IMG/VR virus record: IMGVR_UViG_2537562220_000008
DNA length: 26,838 bases
Direction: 5' to 3' (one strand)
DNA from: a virus
Lineage: Duplodnaviria; Heunggongvirae; Uroviricota; Caudoviricetes
The translations under genes were made by a program, and so were the position numbers. The number at the start of each line of letters is the position of its first letter. Position 1 is the first letter of the stretch. Below the pieces are notes generated by a model, which was given only the letters and a program-made list of their open reading frames with translations, had not been told where the DNA came from and did not search any database. Positions 16,780 to 25,984 of this stretch are shown piece after piece.

Positions 16780-17733
16780 TTATTTACTGATACCGGTAAT
16801 GAGATACCCGGCATCGCCACCAACCACGGCGACTTTGTAGATATCGGTATAACGGCAGTACTTCACCTTGCCACCGGCTCCGTCGTATTTGTCGGCAACA
16901 GGCATCCCCTTACGACGCAGGGTGTAGCCGAAGGACGGCTCGTTCTCGTCCGCGCTGTCCGCCCCCGGCTGCGGTTTGCCGACATAGTGCAGCATCAGAT
17001 TGTCTCCCCAGATATCCGCCGGCACGCTGTTCTTATCCATTGCCGCTTTCATGGACGGCAGGGAGACTGGGGCACCGATGACGATCTCTTCGATCTGAAA
17101 GAGGTCCTGCAGGATTTCTGTGGTGATGCGCTTGCGTTCGTTGGCTCCGATGGCGGCCTGAATCGCCGGGTGGAACTTCAGCAGCGCCATCACGCCGGCC
17201 CCCATGGTCATCAGGTTAGGACGCAGCCCCGTGGCCGTACGGACCGCTTCCATACCGGCTTCAATCACCCCGATGGGGTCCCCCTTACCACCGGCCCAGC
17301 GATCACTGGCTGTCAGTTTTTTGACGTGCCCGGTACGGTAGACCTTTTCATCCTGAGCCAGACGGGCAGCGATAAGTTAACGGCGCAGGTTCACGCCATT
17401 CGTGGCGCGACGGATGGCCTTGCTCTCTTCGTTAAACATGGACTCCGCCTGCTCGCGATAGTCCACCGGCGCAGCCAGATCGTGTTCACCCAGCACCAGG
17501 TCCAGCGTGCCTGTTTTTTCACGGACCAGAACATTGCTGTCCGCCCCGACGGCACGCTCGGTGTCATATTCCACAAAGGCGGTTTTCCCGAAGGTCGGTA
17601 CACGCACGCCTTCCTTGTCCGTCAGCACGACGGGGAAAATACGTTCGCCGATGAATGCGGCATTTTTATAGCCACGGGCGATACTGGTCAGTACCGGATC
17701 AACGACACGTTTACCTTTTAAGTAATCAGACAT
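16780..17733 (-). pseudogene. Major capsid protein (Mu T-like) interrupted by an in-frame TAA
   Basis: ORFs 17377-17733 and 16780-17268 are in the same frame; the 108 nt between them translate without further stops (LIAARLAQDEKVYRTGHVKKLTASDRWAGGKGDPIGVIEAG), leaving a single TAA at 17377-17379. ATG at 17733 is preceded by AAGGAGAG and follows the I gene. Confidence 0.7.
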
Positions 17734-17747
17734 GCTCTCTCCTTAAA

Positions 17748-18863
17748 TTACAGGCAGCGTGCGACAGCAGCCTCATAGCTGATGCCTTCTTTTTTGGACA
17801 GGGCCACTGCTTTCTGATGCAGGGCCAGACGCTCAGGATCGGCTTCCGCAAACTCTGCCACATCCACCTTCACCGTGTCGCCGACACGCTCTTTTGTGGC
17901 CTGTTCGGCGAAATTCATCACCGGCTCCCCGTCGGAGAGCAATGAACGAAAGGCGGTGGCCAGCGGTGTGCGGCTTTCCCCCTCAGCAAACTCCACCGGC
18001 TTGTCGCCACCGGCGACGGCATCCAGCAGGGCAACCACCACGGAGGAGGCGCGGGGAGCCAGACGGCCCTCTGCGACCAGTTTTTCTGCAAAGGCCACAT
18101 TGTCCTTATGCAGTTGCTCCTGTCTGACCTGTGCATCACGCGCATCGCGATCAGCAGCCTGCTGCTTCAGGCGGCGGTTCTCCTCCTGAAGGGCTTCAAT
18201 CTCTTCTTTTGTCATCGATGATTCCTCGTTACTTGCGGAAGACGGCCCCGGGCCTGTCTCACTGAATTGTGCACCTGCTGCATCCTGCGACAGTGTGTCG
18301 CGGTACGCCTCTTCGCGCAGACTGTTGAGCTGCCATTCCGGCAGGACTTTTTCTGCCTCGTCCAGACTGAAGCGGGCGATCAGAAAATCGCGCAGCTTTC
18401 CCCACAGGGAGGCATTCGTGATGGCCTGCCAGTCGGCGAACTCCACCACACCTTCTTCCTGCTCACTGAAGGACACCTGTTTCAGCCCCTTGACGGAAGG
18501 TGGCTGTGCCCCGAGAAAGCCCACATGGCGAAGGTAGAGCACGCCGGGCTTCGGATTGGACGGTGAATCCGGGAGGTAGAAAGAGGCGGACACTTTTTTG
18601 AATCGTCCGTCGGTGACCATCTCAGCAAACTGCGGGTCCAGCTGGGCAGGCTCTGCCATCAGATCGACGCCGCTGAGCGACAGGGCTTTCACCCAGCCCC
18701 ACGCCGGGTCTTCCGTTCTGGGATGACCAATCACGAGTGGTGCTTCATGGACGGACGGGTCATAGGCTTTCACGCAGGCGGCAAGATCGTCTGGCGTGAA
18801 CGGCAGTTTTTTGCCGTGCATATCGGTATGAGTACCGGCTTTAAAAATGTGAATGGCTGACAT
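17748..18863 (-). CDS. Head protease / scaffold protein (Mu I-like)
   Basis: 371-aa protein with an N-terminal protease-like region and a charged coiled-coil-like region (...EEIEALQEENRRLKQQAADRDARDAQVRQEQL...), directly upstream of the capsid gene. Confidence 0.75.
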   Translation of the reverse strand: MSAIHIFKAGTHTDMHGKKLPFTPDDLAACVKAYDPSVHEAPLVIGHPRTEDPAWGWVKALSLSGVDLMAEPAQLDPQFAEMVTDGRFKKVSASFYLPDSPSNPKPGVLYLRHVGFLGAQPPSVKGLKQVSFSEQEEGVVEFADWQAITNASLWGKLRDFLIARFSLDEAEKVLPEWQLNSLREEAYRDTLSQDAAGAQFSETGPGPSSASNEESSMTKEEIEALQEENRRLKQQAADRDARDAQVRQEQLHKDNVAFAEKLVAEGRLAPRASSVVVALLDAVAGGDKPVEFAEGESRTPLATAFRSLLSDGEPVMNFAEQATKERVGDTVKVDVAEFAEADPERLALHQKAVALSKKEGISYEAAVARCL

Positions 18864-18887
18864 TTTGCTGTCCCGCGTTATGTTGTC

Positions 18888-18926
18888 GGAGACAGTTTGT
18901 GAGAAATGCAGGCCCGGCGATTTTAA
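18888..18926 (-). promoter_or_regulatory. Bipartite motif TTAAAATC-N23-CTGTCTCC upstream of gene I (candidate late promoter, copy 1)
   Basis: Minus strand reads TTAAAATCgccgggCCTGcATTTctcacaaaCTGTCTCC, ending 24 nt before the I start codon; the same two boxes at the same 23-nt spacing occur upstream of the holin-like gene. Confidence 0.5.
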
Positions 18927-18999
18927 TCTGCTTTAGAAAACATCAGGGGAGAAGGACAGGGAAAGCAATGCGGTGAACCGGAGGCGGTTATAAAACAGA

Positions 19000-19031
19000 G
19001 GCTGTAAAGCCTTTATAAAGGTAATACAGCC
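19000..19031. promoter_or_regulatory. 32-bp dyad-symmetric element in the G-I intergenic region
   Basis: GGCTGTAAAGCCTTTATAAAGGTAATACAGCC: outer 7-bp arms are perfect inverted repeats and the core CCTTTATAAAGG is a perfect 12-bp palindrome. Confidence 0.4.
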
Positions 19032-19077
19032 CCTCATTCGCTGGCAATGATAAATCACCCGCCTGAAGAGAGAAAAC

Positions 19078-19536
19078 TCAGCGACGGGCCGCTGATTCAA
19101 GATGGCGGACAATGGTATCGAGGATGGGGATTACCACTTCAAGCTGTAGTTCTCCATCCCCCGTCACCGGCAGGAACGGGCGGGCCGGAAGTTCAACAGA
19201 CTCATTACGCCCCGTTTTACCCCCGAACTGGTGAATGGCACCGTAAACAACGTTGGTCCCCACAACAGCCTGCCGGTCGTCATGGTCGGTTGATACTGAC
19301 CCCATCAGACGCCCGGTATCCTGCAGTGTCTGCCCGTCACGTTCTTCCGCTGCCAGCGAGGGCATCCACCCCGGACGCCCCTCATCAAGAAAGTTAAACT
19401 GTGTTTCCGCCAGCAGGGTTCCGGCGATTTTGCGCATCGCGGGCTCCAGGTCTGTGGCAGCAAGATCCAGCGCACGGAGGCTCCGGCGCAGGGACTTATC
19501 GTTAATGGTGATACTGACCAGGTTATCGGAAGCCAT
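19078..19536 (-). CDS. Virion morphogenesis protein (Mu G-like)
   Basis: 152-aa protein (...FNFLDEGRPGWMPSLAAEERDGQTLQDTGRLMGSV...) directly downstream of the F-like gene; ATG at 19536 preceded by GAGAGGA. Confidence 0.7.
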   Translation of the reverse strand: MASDNLVSITINDKSLRRSLRALDLAATDLEPAMRKIAGTLLAETQFNFLDEGRPGWMPSLAAEERDGQTLQDTGRLMGSVSTDHDDRQAVVGTNVVYGAIHQFGGKTGRNESVELPARPFLPVTGDGELQLEVVIPILDTIVRHLESAARR

Positions 19537-19538
19537 TG

Positions 19539-20360
19539 TTATCCTCTCAGTTCCTGTTGTGCCAGTGGCTGAAGCGTACCCTGATAGCGGGCCAGGTCGG
19601 GACGGTATGCTGCCCCCGGAGCATAAGACCAGCCGACGTCGGTGGTCACCTTCGTGGTGCCGGTATTAAAGGTGGCCACGTTCCGCATTTCGCCGGTTTT
19701 CTCTGAGACCAGTTTCAGTTCCTGGCCCATGGCAGAGCCGGAGCTGATAACCTTCAGGCCACGGGCACGTACATCCGCCGCACTCAGGGCAATCACACTA
19801 CAGCGGCAGCGCCAGCCGTTCGGCGGGTAAAATGCCTGCCAGAACGGGTCATCCCAGCGCAGCACCAGACCATGCAGCGCCAGATGGCTCCTGCGGGTAT
19901 GGCTGTCGTTGATGCCGGTATACATCCAGTACGGCCTGTCGTCGACGTTTTCCATCTGTTCCGCCCAACGACCGGCGCTGTAGAGTACGGACATATTGGT
20001 GCGAAAGATGGTATCGAGCCGCCACGGACTGCCCTGCTGAATGGTGACCGGCTCACCCGTTACCGGGTCAGTCGTGTCACGTGGTCCCCACCATCCCTTA
20101 CGCTTCAGCACCGGCTCCAGCTCCTGCCGGAACCAGCGATCGGTTTTTCCTTCATCGACAGCCTGCTGCAGTGCCCCGCGAATATCTTCCAGGATATCCA
20201 GGCGGGTCACTTTAGCAACGGTAAAGGCGTGGGCATGGGCCTCCTGCCACATTTCTTCCCAGTCCCAGGTAATCTGATATCCTTTGGACTTCAGGTAGTT
20301 GATTGCCCGCTTCGGGGGAAGCGTCATGCAGTACGCCAGTTCAGCCGTTGTCACGCTCAT
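19539..20360 (-). CDS. Head morphogenesis protein (Mu F / SPP1 gp7 family)
   Basis: Contains the F-family signature (...YTGINDSHTRRSHLALHGLVLRWDDPFWQAFYPPNGWRCRCSV...); start taken as the ATG at 20360 (GGGGG upstream); the ORF-track start at 20387 is a TTG. Confidence 0.75.
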   Translation of the reverse strand: MSVTTAELAYCMTLPPKRAINYLKSKGYQITWDWEEMWQEAHAHAFTVAKVTRLDILEDIRGALQQAVDEGKTDRWFRQELEPVLKRKGWWGPRDTTDPVTGEPVTIQQGSPWRLDTIFRTNMSVLYSAGRWAEQMENVDDRPYWMYTGINDSHTRRSHLALHGLVLRWDDPFWQAFYPPNGWRCRCSVIALSAADVRARGLKVISSGSAMGQELKLVSEKTGEMRNVATFNTGTTKVTTDVGWSYAPGAAYRPDLARYQGTLQPLAQQELRG

Positions 20361-21837
20361 GCAGACGCCCCCAGATATTTGCCACAAAGAGAATGCGGGC
20401 CAGCCGCTCCTGCAGATCGTCCGTGTTCATCTGAGGGTAGAGCTCCGCCAGTTCGCCCAGCAGCTCAGACGGGTTAACCCCGTTTTCGACCCGCCTGAAC
20501 AGAGGTGCCAGGACGGGTTCCAGCGTGCCATTTAACGCGCCTCCGTTCATCAGAATGTCCAGCGCGTCGTCAAGCTGCTGCTGAGCCTGAATATCAGCAT
20601 CAATCGCCTCGGCAAATGACAGCGGCAGCATGTTATTCTGGCGTTCCGACGGTGGTGTCTCGTCAATATCGCCGTCCTGCAGTTGGTACTCACGCTTGAA
20701 GTACTGCGGGGTCAGACGCAGACCCGCCCGGGTGAGTTTTTCGTCGCGGGTGGCACGGGTGTCATCAATGGCCTCCTGTTCCCACATGGCCCAGACCGGA
20801 CACGGCACATCGCCGAAGTTCAGGGTGACCACCGTTCTGATGACCTGATTCACTGCCGCCTGAATGATGTCCGCATCCGCATCGCGGATATCAGCCGTTA
20901 CCTCCAGCCCGGCCTGTGCAGAGGCCTTGTTACTGTTCGCTTCCGTGGTCTGATTCTGACCGAGTAATGCAATGGAGATCTTACTGCGTGACAGTGTGAT
21001 CAGCTCGCGAAATACCTCGCTGCTGTCTGCCTTGCCATCCGCTGCCCTGAGCTCAATACTGCTGTCATCGGGGATGGCGGCCACCGCTTCCTCCACCATC
21101 TGCTCCATGGAGTCCAGCAGTTTTTCAATCTCTGCATCATTTGCGCCCCTCGGGTGCTTACCGATCACCCACGGGGAGCCAAACTTTTCGGCAAAGCGGA
21201 GCCAGAATTTCATCCCGCCTTTCTTGAAGGCGACCGGCCAGAAGCACATGGACAGGTCCGGGAAACCGTAAGGATTGTCATACGAGGCATCCTGTGCCGG
21301 CACCACGAATTTTGACGGTGACAGCAGCTCACCCTCCACACCCGCATCACGCGCCCGAAAGCGCAGGCAGTTGTCCGTATCAAACTGAAACCACTCAGGC
21401 GGTTTGCCGACAATATCCGTCACCGCCCACGACCTGACCGAACGGCCCCACATGATTTCACAGGGCTGATACCCGTAGAGCACGGCATCGCTCATTTCAC
21501 CGATGATGCGGGACAGATCCAGATCGTCGAGCATGTCGCGGATGAAACGGAAGACCCGGGCAGAGGCGTGACCACGCTCCAGTCCACGCTCCAGCGATTT
21601 GAGCGCTGCTTTACGTCTGCGGATACAGCCCCCGACCAGCGGGTCGGTGCGCAGTTCGCGGTAGATACGGATATCCCGTCCCTGAGCCTTGAGAATGGGA
21701 TCAGGATTGGGCAGATACATGCCCAGTCCGTAAAAGTCGATCGCGCGGCTGCGGGAGGCAATCTGCGCGGTCAGTGATTTCTGAGGCTCAGAAAAAGCAA
21801 CAAATTCATCGGGTGAAACCCAGATACCCCTCGCCAT
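20341..21837 (-). CDS. Portal protein (Mu gp29-like)
   Basis: 498-aa ORF directly downstream of the large terminase (ATGA overlap at 21837) and upstream of F; size and position typical of a Mu-type portal. Confidence 0.75.
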   Translation of the reverse strand: MARGIWVSPDEFVAFSEPQKSLTAQIASRSRAIDFYGLGMYLPNPDPILKAQGRDIRIYRELRTDPLVGGCIRRRKAALKSLERGLERGHASARVFRFIRDMLDDLDLSRIIGEMSDAVLYGYQPCEIMWGRSVRSWAVTDIVGKPPEWFQFDTDNCLRFRARDAGVEGELLSPSKFVVPAQDASYDNPYGFPDLSMCFWPVAFKKGGMKFWLRFAEKFGSPWVIGKHPRGANDAEIEKLLDSMEQMVEEAVAAIPDDSSIELRAADGKADSSEVFRELITLSRSKISIALLGQNQTTEANSNKASAQAGLEVTADIRDADADIIQAAVNQVIRTVVTLNFGDVPCPVWAMWEQEAIDDTRATRDEKLTRAGLRLTPQYFKREYQLQDGDIDETPPSERQNNMLPLSFAEAIDADIQAQQQLDDALDILMNGGALNGTLEPVLAPLFRRVENGVNPSELLGELAELYPQMNTDDLQERLARILFVANIWGRLHERDNG

Positions 21838-23432
21838 CAGAATCCCCCCAGCATACGGGCCGCCTGACGACGACGGCGTGAGCTTGCCTTCACCGGCCCT
21901 TTGTTAATTTCACGGCTGGCGAAATACGCCAGCGCCAGTGCGATGGCTGAATCCCCGTGGCGTTTACCACCGTCAGCCTTTGCTTTTGAGCGTTGCTCCG
22001 GTACGCGGGGGACACCGTTCACCACCTGAACGGCCCGCAGGTCATCCAGTGTGTCTTCATCCTTTGGTAAGTCCACCAGGTTGCCGTCTTCCAGTGCAGC
22101 TTTGACCGGAGGCATATGCTCCCGGTACCAGCCTTCGGTTGGCATCACCTGCTGAACCCGGCCGGAGCCGTAGCGCTGCATGGCGTATTCAGCCAGATAG
22201 GCACCATTACCACGGGCATCAAACGCTGCACCCAGCAGACCGGGCAGGCCATCCATCAGATACCAGGTGATTTGCTCCTGCTGTCTGAACGGCACGTTAC
22301 GCAGCTCCAGTACGAATGGCACGCGTCGTACCAGGTTCTTCTCCTGCAGCAGGGGATAGTCCACCGACAAATCACCGCTACGGCCAAAGTCGCGCCCCAG
22401 GAAAGAGCGGGCATCAGTGGGGAGTGCCTCCAGCAATGGTTTCAGATACTCATCAAGCCAGTCCTGCGTCTCGCGGAAGCGAACCTCATCAGACAGCAGT
22501 TCATAACCTTCCTTGCAGGTCAGACGCAATACCGGCGTATCAGCGGACATGCGGGACTCTATCAGGGCACGGGACAGCCAGGCACCGCCACCGTTGGCCG
22601 GAATACAGTCAAGCTCTTCGGATGCGCCGGCACCGTAGAATTTGTACACCGATGCCATCCAGGCCTGCTCGGATGCCTCCGACCATTCCTTCCCGGTGCG
22701 CAGACAGACGCGCCGGAACAGCCCCTCAGATACGGCTTCCCGGAAAGTGATGCGATGTATGCTGCCTCCCTGACGTCCGGCACGGATATCCCCGATAAGC
22801 GTATTGAACGGATTGTCGTCACCGTCATGGGTGGAGATAACGCGTACCTTTCCCCCCCAGATAAGCATCGCCAGCGCCGCTTTCAGCAGTTCGTCCAGTT
22901 GCTCATGGAACGCCGCTTCGTCGATAACAATAATACCCTGACGGCCACGCAGGTTAGACGGGCGGCTGGAGAGCGCAACAATACGAAAGCCGGAGTCAGG
23001 AAATTTGATGGTGTAAGTCTTGATGTGTTTGTCGTCGTCGTCCTCTTCCCAGAATCCTTCTTCAATTTCACTGGCCGCATAGTTGAATGCCCGTGCCCAC
23101 ATCGCACACGCCTGAATGTATTCGACGGTCATGTCCTGGTTATAAGCGATGTAATACACATTCATCCCGCCTGCTGGCGCAGAAGAGGCGGCGGTCAGTA
23201 CGTTATCGGATGCCTCAGCCCATGTAATACCGGTACGACGGCTCTTTTCTATCACCTTAAGCGGAGAGGTGTCTGCCACCCAGCGCTGCTGGTAAGGCAA
23301 CAGAACGGGAGGGGCATCCAGCGCCGAGGTATCAGGCAAAACGGGAGCAAGGTTATTCCTCCCGTCCATGGGACTCATCCCTTCGGGGCCGCCGCCAGCG
23401 GCGTTTAAAATCACTCCGGATGATTTTGTCAT
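21837..23432 (-). CDS. Terminase large subunit (Mu gp28-like)
   Basis: 531-aa ORF following the small-terminase-like gene (ATGA overlap at 23432); acidic-rich nuclease-like C-terminal half. Confidence 0.75.
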   Translation of the reverse strand: MTKSSGVILNAAGGGPEGMSPMDGRNNLAPVLPDTSALDAPPVLLPYQQRWVADTSPLKVIEKSRRTGITWAEASDNVLTAASSAPAGGMNVYYIAYNQDMTVEYIQACAMWARAFNYAASEIEEGFWEEDDDDKHIKTYTIKFPDSGFRIVALSSRPSNLRGRQGIIVIDEAAFHEQLDELLKAALAMLIWGGKVRVISTHDGDDNPFNTLIGDIRAGRQGGSIHRITFREAVSEGLFRRVCLRTGKEWSEASEQAWMASVYKFYGAGASEELDCIPANGGGAWLSRALIESRMSADTPVLRLTCKEGYELLSDEVRFRETQDWLDEYLKPLLEALPTDARSFLGRDFGRSGDLSVDYPLLQEKNLVRRVPFVLELRNVPFRQQEQITWYLMDGLPGLLGAAFDARGNGAYLAEYAMQRYGSGRVQQVMPTEGWYREHMPPVKAALEDGNLVDLPKDEDTLDDLRAVQVVNGVPRVPEQRSKAKADGGKRHGDSAIALALAYFASREINKGPVKASSRRRRQAARMLGGF

Positions 23433-23974
23433 GTGGCAATCCCCAGAATCTCGCGACGAAGCGCCTGTACTGCGTCGCTTGACAGTCCCCCCTTACGGGC
23501 AATTTTCTCGGCGTTGCTGGCTGCCTGCTGCGCTCTGGCCCGTACTTCAGACTGGAACTTTTTGAGGTTGACGGACGCGCGGGACAGCGTAGCCACATTC
23601 TTCGCCACCTTCGACAGCAGGGCCACGCGTTCTTTAGGATCGACTTCGCCTTCTTCCGCCTCCTGCAACTGGACAATACTCTCGAACAGCTCGGTCTGAA
23701 TAAGGGCTATCACAGCCTCCGAACGCGCATCCTGATCGTCTGCTGCGCCTTCGGTCAGCATGCGGGCCGCTTCTGTTGCCGCACGGATAGCACCATAGCG
23801 GCGCTCAATCTTCTGTCCATAGCGATGGATAGCGGATTTGCTGATGACGTACCCCCGCTCACGCAACAGGGACTCCAGCTCGTTATACCCGCTGAAGCCG
23901 GATTCAGTCAGCGCCCGTTCAAGCCAGCGGCGCACGTCTTCCGGCAGCTTTTCTATTGTGCTGCGTCTGGCCAT
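23429..23974 (-). CDS. Terminase small subunit-like DNA-binding protein (Mu gp27-like)
   Basis: 181-aa protein MARRSTIEKLPEDVRRWLERALTESGFSGYNELESLLRERGYVISKSAIHRYGQ... with an N-terminal helix-turn-helix-like region, immediately upstream of the large terminase. Confidence 0.65.
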   Translation of the reverse strand: MARRSTIEKLPEDVRRWLERALTESGFSGYNELESLLRERGYVISKSAIHRYGQKIERRYGAIRAATEAARMLTEGAADDQDARSEAVIALIQTELFESIVQLQEAEEGEVDPKERVALLSKVAKNVATLSRASVNLKKFQSEVRARAQQAASNAEKIARKGGLSSDAVQALRREILGIAT

Positions 23975-24285
23975 TATTCACTCCAGTACTTTTCCGGGCG
24001 GGCAATACCCGGACCACATTCCACGGTGTATTCCACCAGGTCTACGCCGAGGCGGGTCAGGTCAGCAAACCAGTCGCCAGAAGGTTTTTTCTCCAGCTCA
24101 ACCATTTTACGGTCAGCCAGATAATCCAGTTCGCGGCGCAGTTCCAGCGGTGTGGTGTCCGGGTAGATGGCACGGGACACATCCAGCAGCAGCGTCTCGC
24201 TGGCGGTGTAAGGGCGGGTCTTGTTCAGGGCAACCAGCAGACTCCAGCGCAGGGATTCGCGGCGTACCCGGGTAATATCGACCAT
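23974..24285 (-). CDS. Small phage protein, Mu gp26-like by position
   Basis: 103-aa ORF with start and stop overlapping its neighbours (TAATG junctions). Confidence 0.5.
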   Translation of the reverse strand: MVDITRVRRESLRWSLLVALNKTRPYTASETLLLDVSRAIYPDTTPLELRRELDYLADRKMVELEKKPSGDWFADLTRLGVDLVEYTVECGPGIARPEKYWSE

Positions 24286-24611
24286 TATTGACCTCCGGTA
24301 TTGCGGTACTGCTGTACCACTTCCAGTTTGTTATAAAGCGCGTCCAGTTTGGCCTCAATGACTGTCTGGCCACGGATATAATCCTCTCGACGGACATAAT
24401 TCAGCGGTAAATCCGCTTTAAATCGCATAAATTCTTTTTCCAGCTCGCCCCAGTTGGAGGCGGATTGTTGCAGGGCCTGTTCAAGGGAGGCGAATCGTGC
24501 CGCCTGGCGTTCTTCTGTTTTACTGAACAACCATTTGGCGAGCCCTCCCACAAACCCCATGAAGGTGAGCAGAAAACTCACCACCGTCCAGAATTCAACC
24601 TGCAGTGTCAT
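24285..24611 (-). CDS. Small membrane-anchored protein, Mu gp25-like by position
   Basis: 108-aa ORF with one N-terminal hydrophobic helix (FWTVVSFLLTFMGFVGGLAKWLF) followed by a helical region. Confidence 0.5.
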   Translation of the reverse strand: MTLQVEFWTVVSFLLTFMGFVGGLAKWLFSKTEERQAARFASLEQALQQSASNWGELEKEFMRFKADLPLNYVRREDYIRGQTVIEAKLDALYNKLEVVQQYRNTGGQ

Positions 24612-25258
24612 TTCTGTAATCCTTCCCGTTCATCCAGCAGCGCGTTTATCTGGTTCCGCCAGCGACGACATTGCCATGCGTTGTCGATGATGTTGGCGAG
24701 AACGTCACGCTGGGAGACACCCGAATCGCGTAACCGGGTGTCAGTGGTTTCAGGTTGCCCGGTCGCTGTGCCAGAGCGGGTGCCAGTGGCGGCAACTGAG
24801 TCTGAATGACCGGGGTCGACGGATGCGTTGTCATATCCGAGTGCGGCGTTGTACTGGCGCACGAAACCGCGAGTAAACACGCACTCAATGGGATGACTCT
24901 TACCTTTTTCATCAATCCAGCGCTGTGTGACATCGTTAATTTGCCCCTGTAGTTGTTTGTTCCGGCTCTCCAGTTGAGCAATCTGCTCAAGATAACCGGC
25001 TTCAGCCCGCTGCCCGGCGGCCACCTGCTCCTGATACCGTCTGGCCCAGGCCCGCAGCGCAGCATTCTCAAGCGTTGCCTGCTCCGTTTTGTACGCGTCA
25101 AATGCTGACTGCAACTGACTTAGCGCGGTATCACCGTCACGCTTTGCAGAGTCATGACCACTTCTGTATCCCATGGCATACAGGCCGACCAGAAAGGCAT
25201 TGATAAGAATGGCCAGCAGAATGCCGCGCCACGGCAGCTTTTTAACCAGATGCCACAC
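24608..25258 (-). CDS. Inner-membrane spanin (Rz-like)
   Basis: N-terminal transmembrane segment (GILLAILINAFLVGLYAMG), coiled-coil-like periplasmic region, and an embedded +1 lipoprotein ORF; start taken as the GTG at 25258 with GGGGAGG 8 nt upstream (the ORF track extends to 25360). Confidence 0.6.
   Translation of the reverse strand: MWHLVKKLPWRGILLAILINAFLVGLYAMGYRSGHDSAKRDGDTALSQLQSAFDAYKTEQATLENAALRAWARRYQEQVAAGQRAEAGYLEQIAQLESRNKQLQGQINDVTQRWIDEKGKSHPIECVFTRGFVRQYNAALGYDNASVDPGHSDSVAATGTRSGTATGQPETTDTRLRDSGVSQRDVLANIIDNAWQCRRWRNQINALLDEREGLQK
24646..24912 (-). CDS. Outer-membrane lipoprotein spanin (Rz1-like), fully embedded in the Rz-like gene
   Basis: Internal start gives MKKVRVIPLSACLLAVSC followed by a proline-rich segment (TTPHSDMTTHPSTPVIQTQLPPLAPALAQRPGNLKPLTP); signal peptide plus lipobox-like Cys. 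Confidence 0.6.
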   Translation of the reverse strand: MKKVRVIPLSACLLAVSCASTTPHSDMTTHPSTPVIQTQLPPLAPALAQRPGNLKPLTPGYAIRVSPSVTFSPTSSTTHGNVVAGGTR

Positions 25259-25982
25259 AACTGCTGCCTCCCCATGTGAGATATCGCGGTGCCAGTTCGT
25301 GCAGGATGCGCTGCGGATAATGGCGGTTCTCCCGCCAGCTGGCCGCATTGCGTCCGGCATTCACCGTGGCGACATGTCCGAACCAGCGGGTGCTGTCCAG
25401 ACCTTTCTGTGATGCAAGCCGCCTGTCCCGTTGTACCCAGCCCAGACCACCGTTATAGCCCGACAGTGTCATGGCCATACGCTCGCAGTCACTGGCGGCG
25501 CTGACACGCTGCCACAGCCAGCGGTCATAGCTGACCAGCGCCCGGATAGCCCATGCCGGATTAAACGGCTCACGACTGCTCAGCATCGGTATCAACTGGC
25601 TTATCCAGTCGGCAGTGGCAGGCATGAACTGCGCCAGTCCCTGAGCGCCAGCCGGCGAGATCGCATCAGGTCGCCAGCCGCTTTCCTGATGCAGTTGCGC
25701 GGCGAAATCGGCCACCGGCGCAGACAGTCCCCATTCAAGCCGGGCATTACGGATCACATCATCGCGATACTGCAGCGCAGCCTGCGGAGGTTGTGCTGCG
25801 CATGCCTGGCTGAAAAAGCCGCCACACCAGAGCAACATTGCGACAAAGAATACCCATGCCATATGAACCAGAAAGGTCCCGGCGCGGACTGACAGGCGTT
25901 CGGTTCTGATGAAGACCCGAAAGGCTTCGAAAGCCAGTTTCAGGGACATGCATACAATCCAGGTGATCTGCGGCCAGTTCAT
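25242..25982 (-). CDS. Endolysin, lytic transglycosylase (SLT domain), with N-terminal hydrophobic signal or SAR-like segment
   Basis: Contains ...AAQLHQESGWRPDAISPAGAQGLAQFMPATADWI... (catalytic E-S motif of SLT-type transglycosylases) and an N-terminal hydrophobic stretch (MAWVFFVAMLLWCGGFF); start may be at an internal Met. Confidence 0.7.
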   Translation of the reverse strand: MNWPQITWIVCMSLKLAFEAFRVFIRTERLSVRAGTFLVHMAWVFFVAMLLWCGGFFSQACAAQPPQAALQYRDDVIRNARLEWGLSAPVADFAAQLHQESGWRPDAISPAGAQGLAQFMPATADWISQLIPMLSSREPFNPAWAIRALVSYDRWLWQRVSAASDCERMAMTLSGYNGGLGWVQRDRRLASQKGLDSTRWFGHVATVNAGRNAASWRENRHYPQRILHELAPRYLTWGGSSCVASG

Positions 25983-25984
25983 GA

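Noticed and set aside
18864-19077. 32-codon minus-strand ORF inside the G-I intergenic region (MRGCITFIKALQPLFYNRLRF...)
   Set aside because: No ribosome-binding site, overlaps the dyad element, and the region is better explained as a promoter or regulatory spacer.
22116-23408. 430-aa plus-strand ORF
   Set aside because: Entirely antisense to the large terminase gene; translation is low-complexity and Arg/Gly/His-rich, typical of an open frame on the opposite strand of a GC-rich gene.
23404-23412. Third TTTAAAATC occurrence, on the plus strand at the TerS/TerL junction
   Set aside because: Lacks the CTGTCTCC partner at 23-nt spacing and faces the wrong way; one chance occurrence of an 8-mer is expected in 27 kb.
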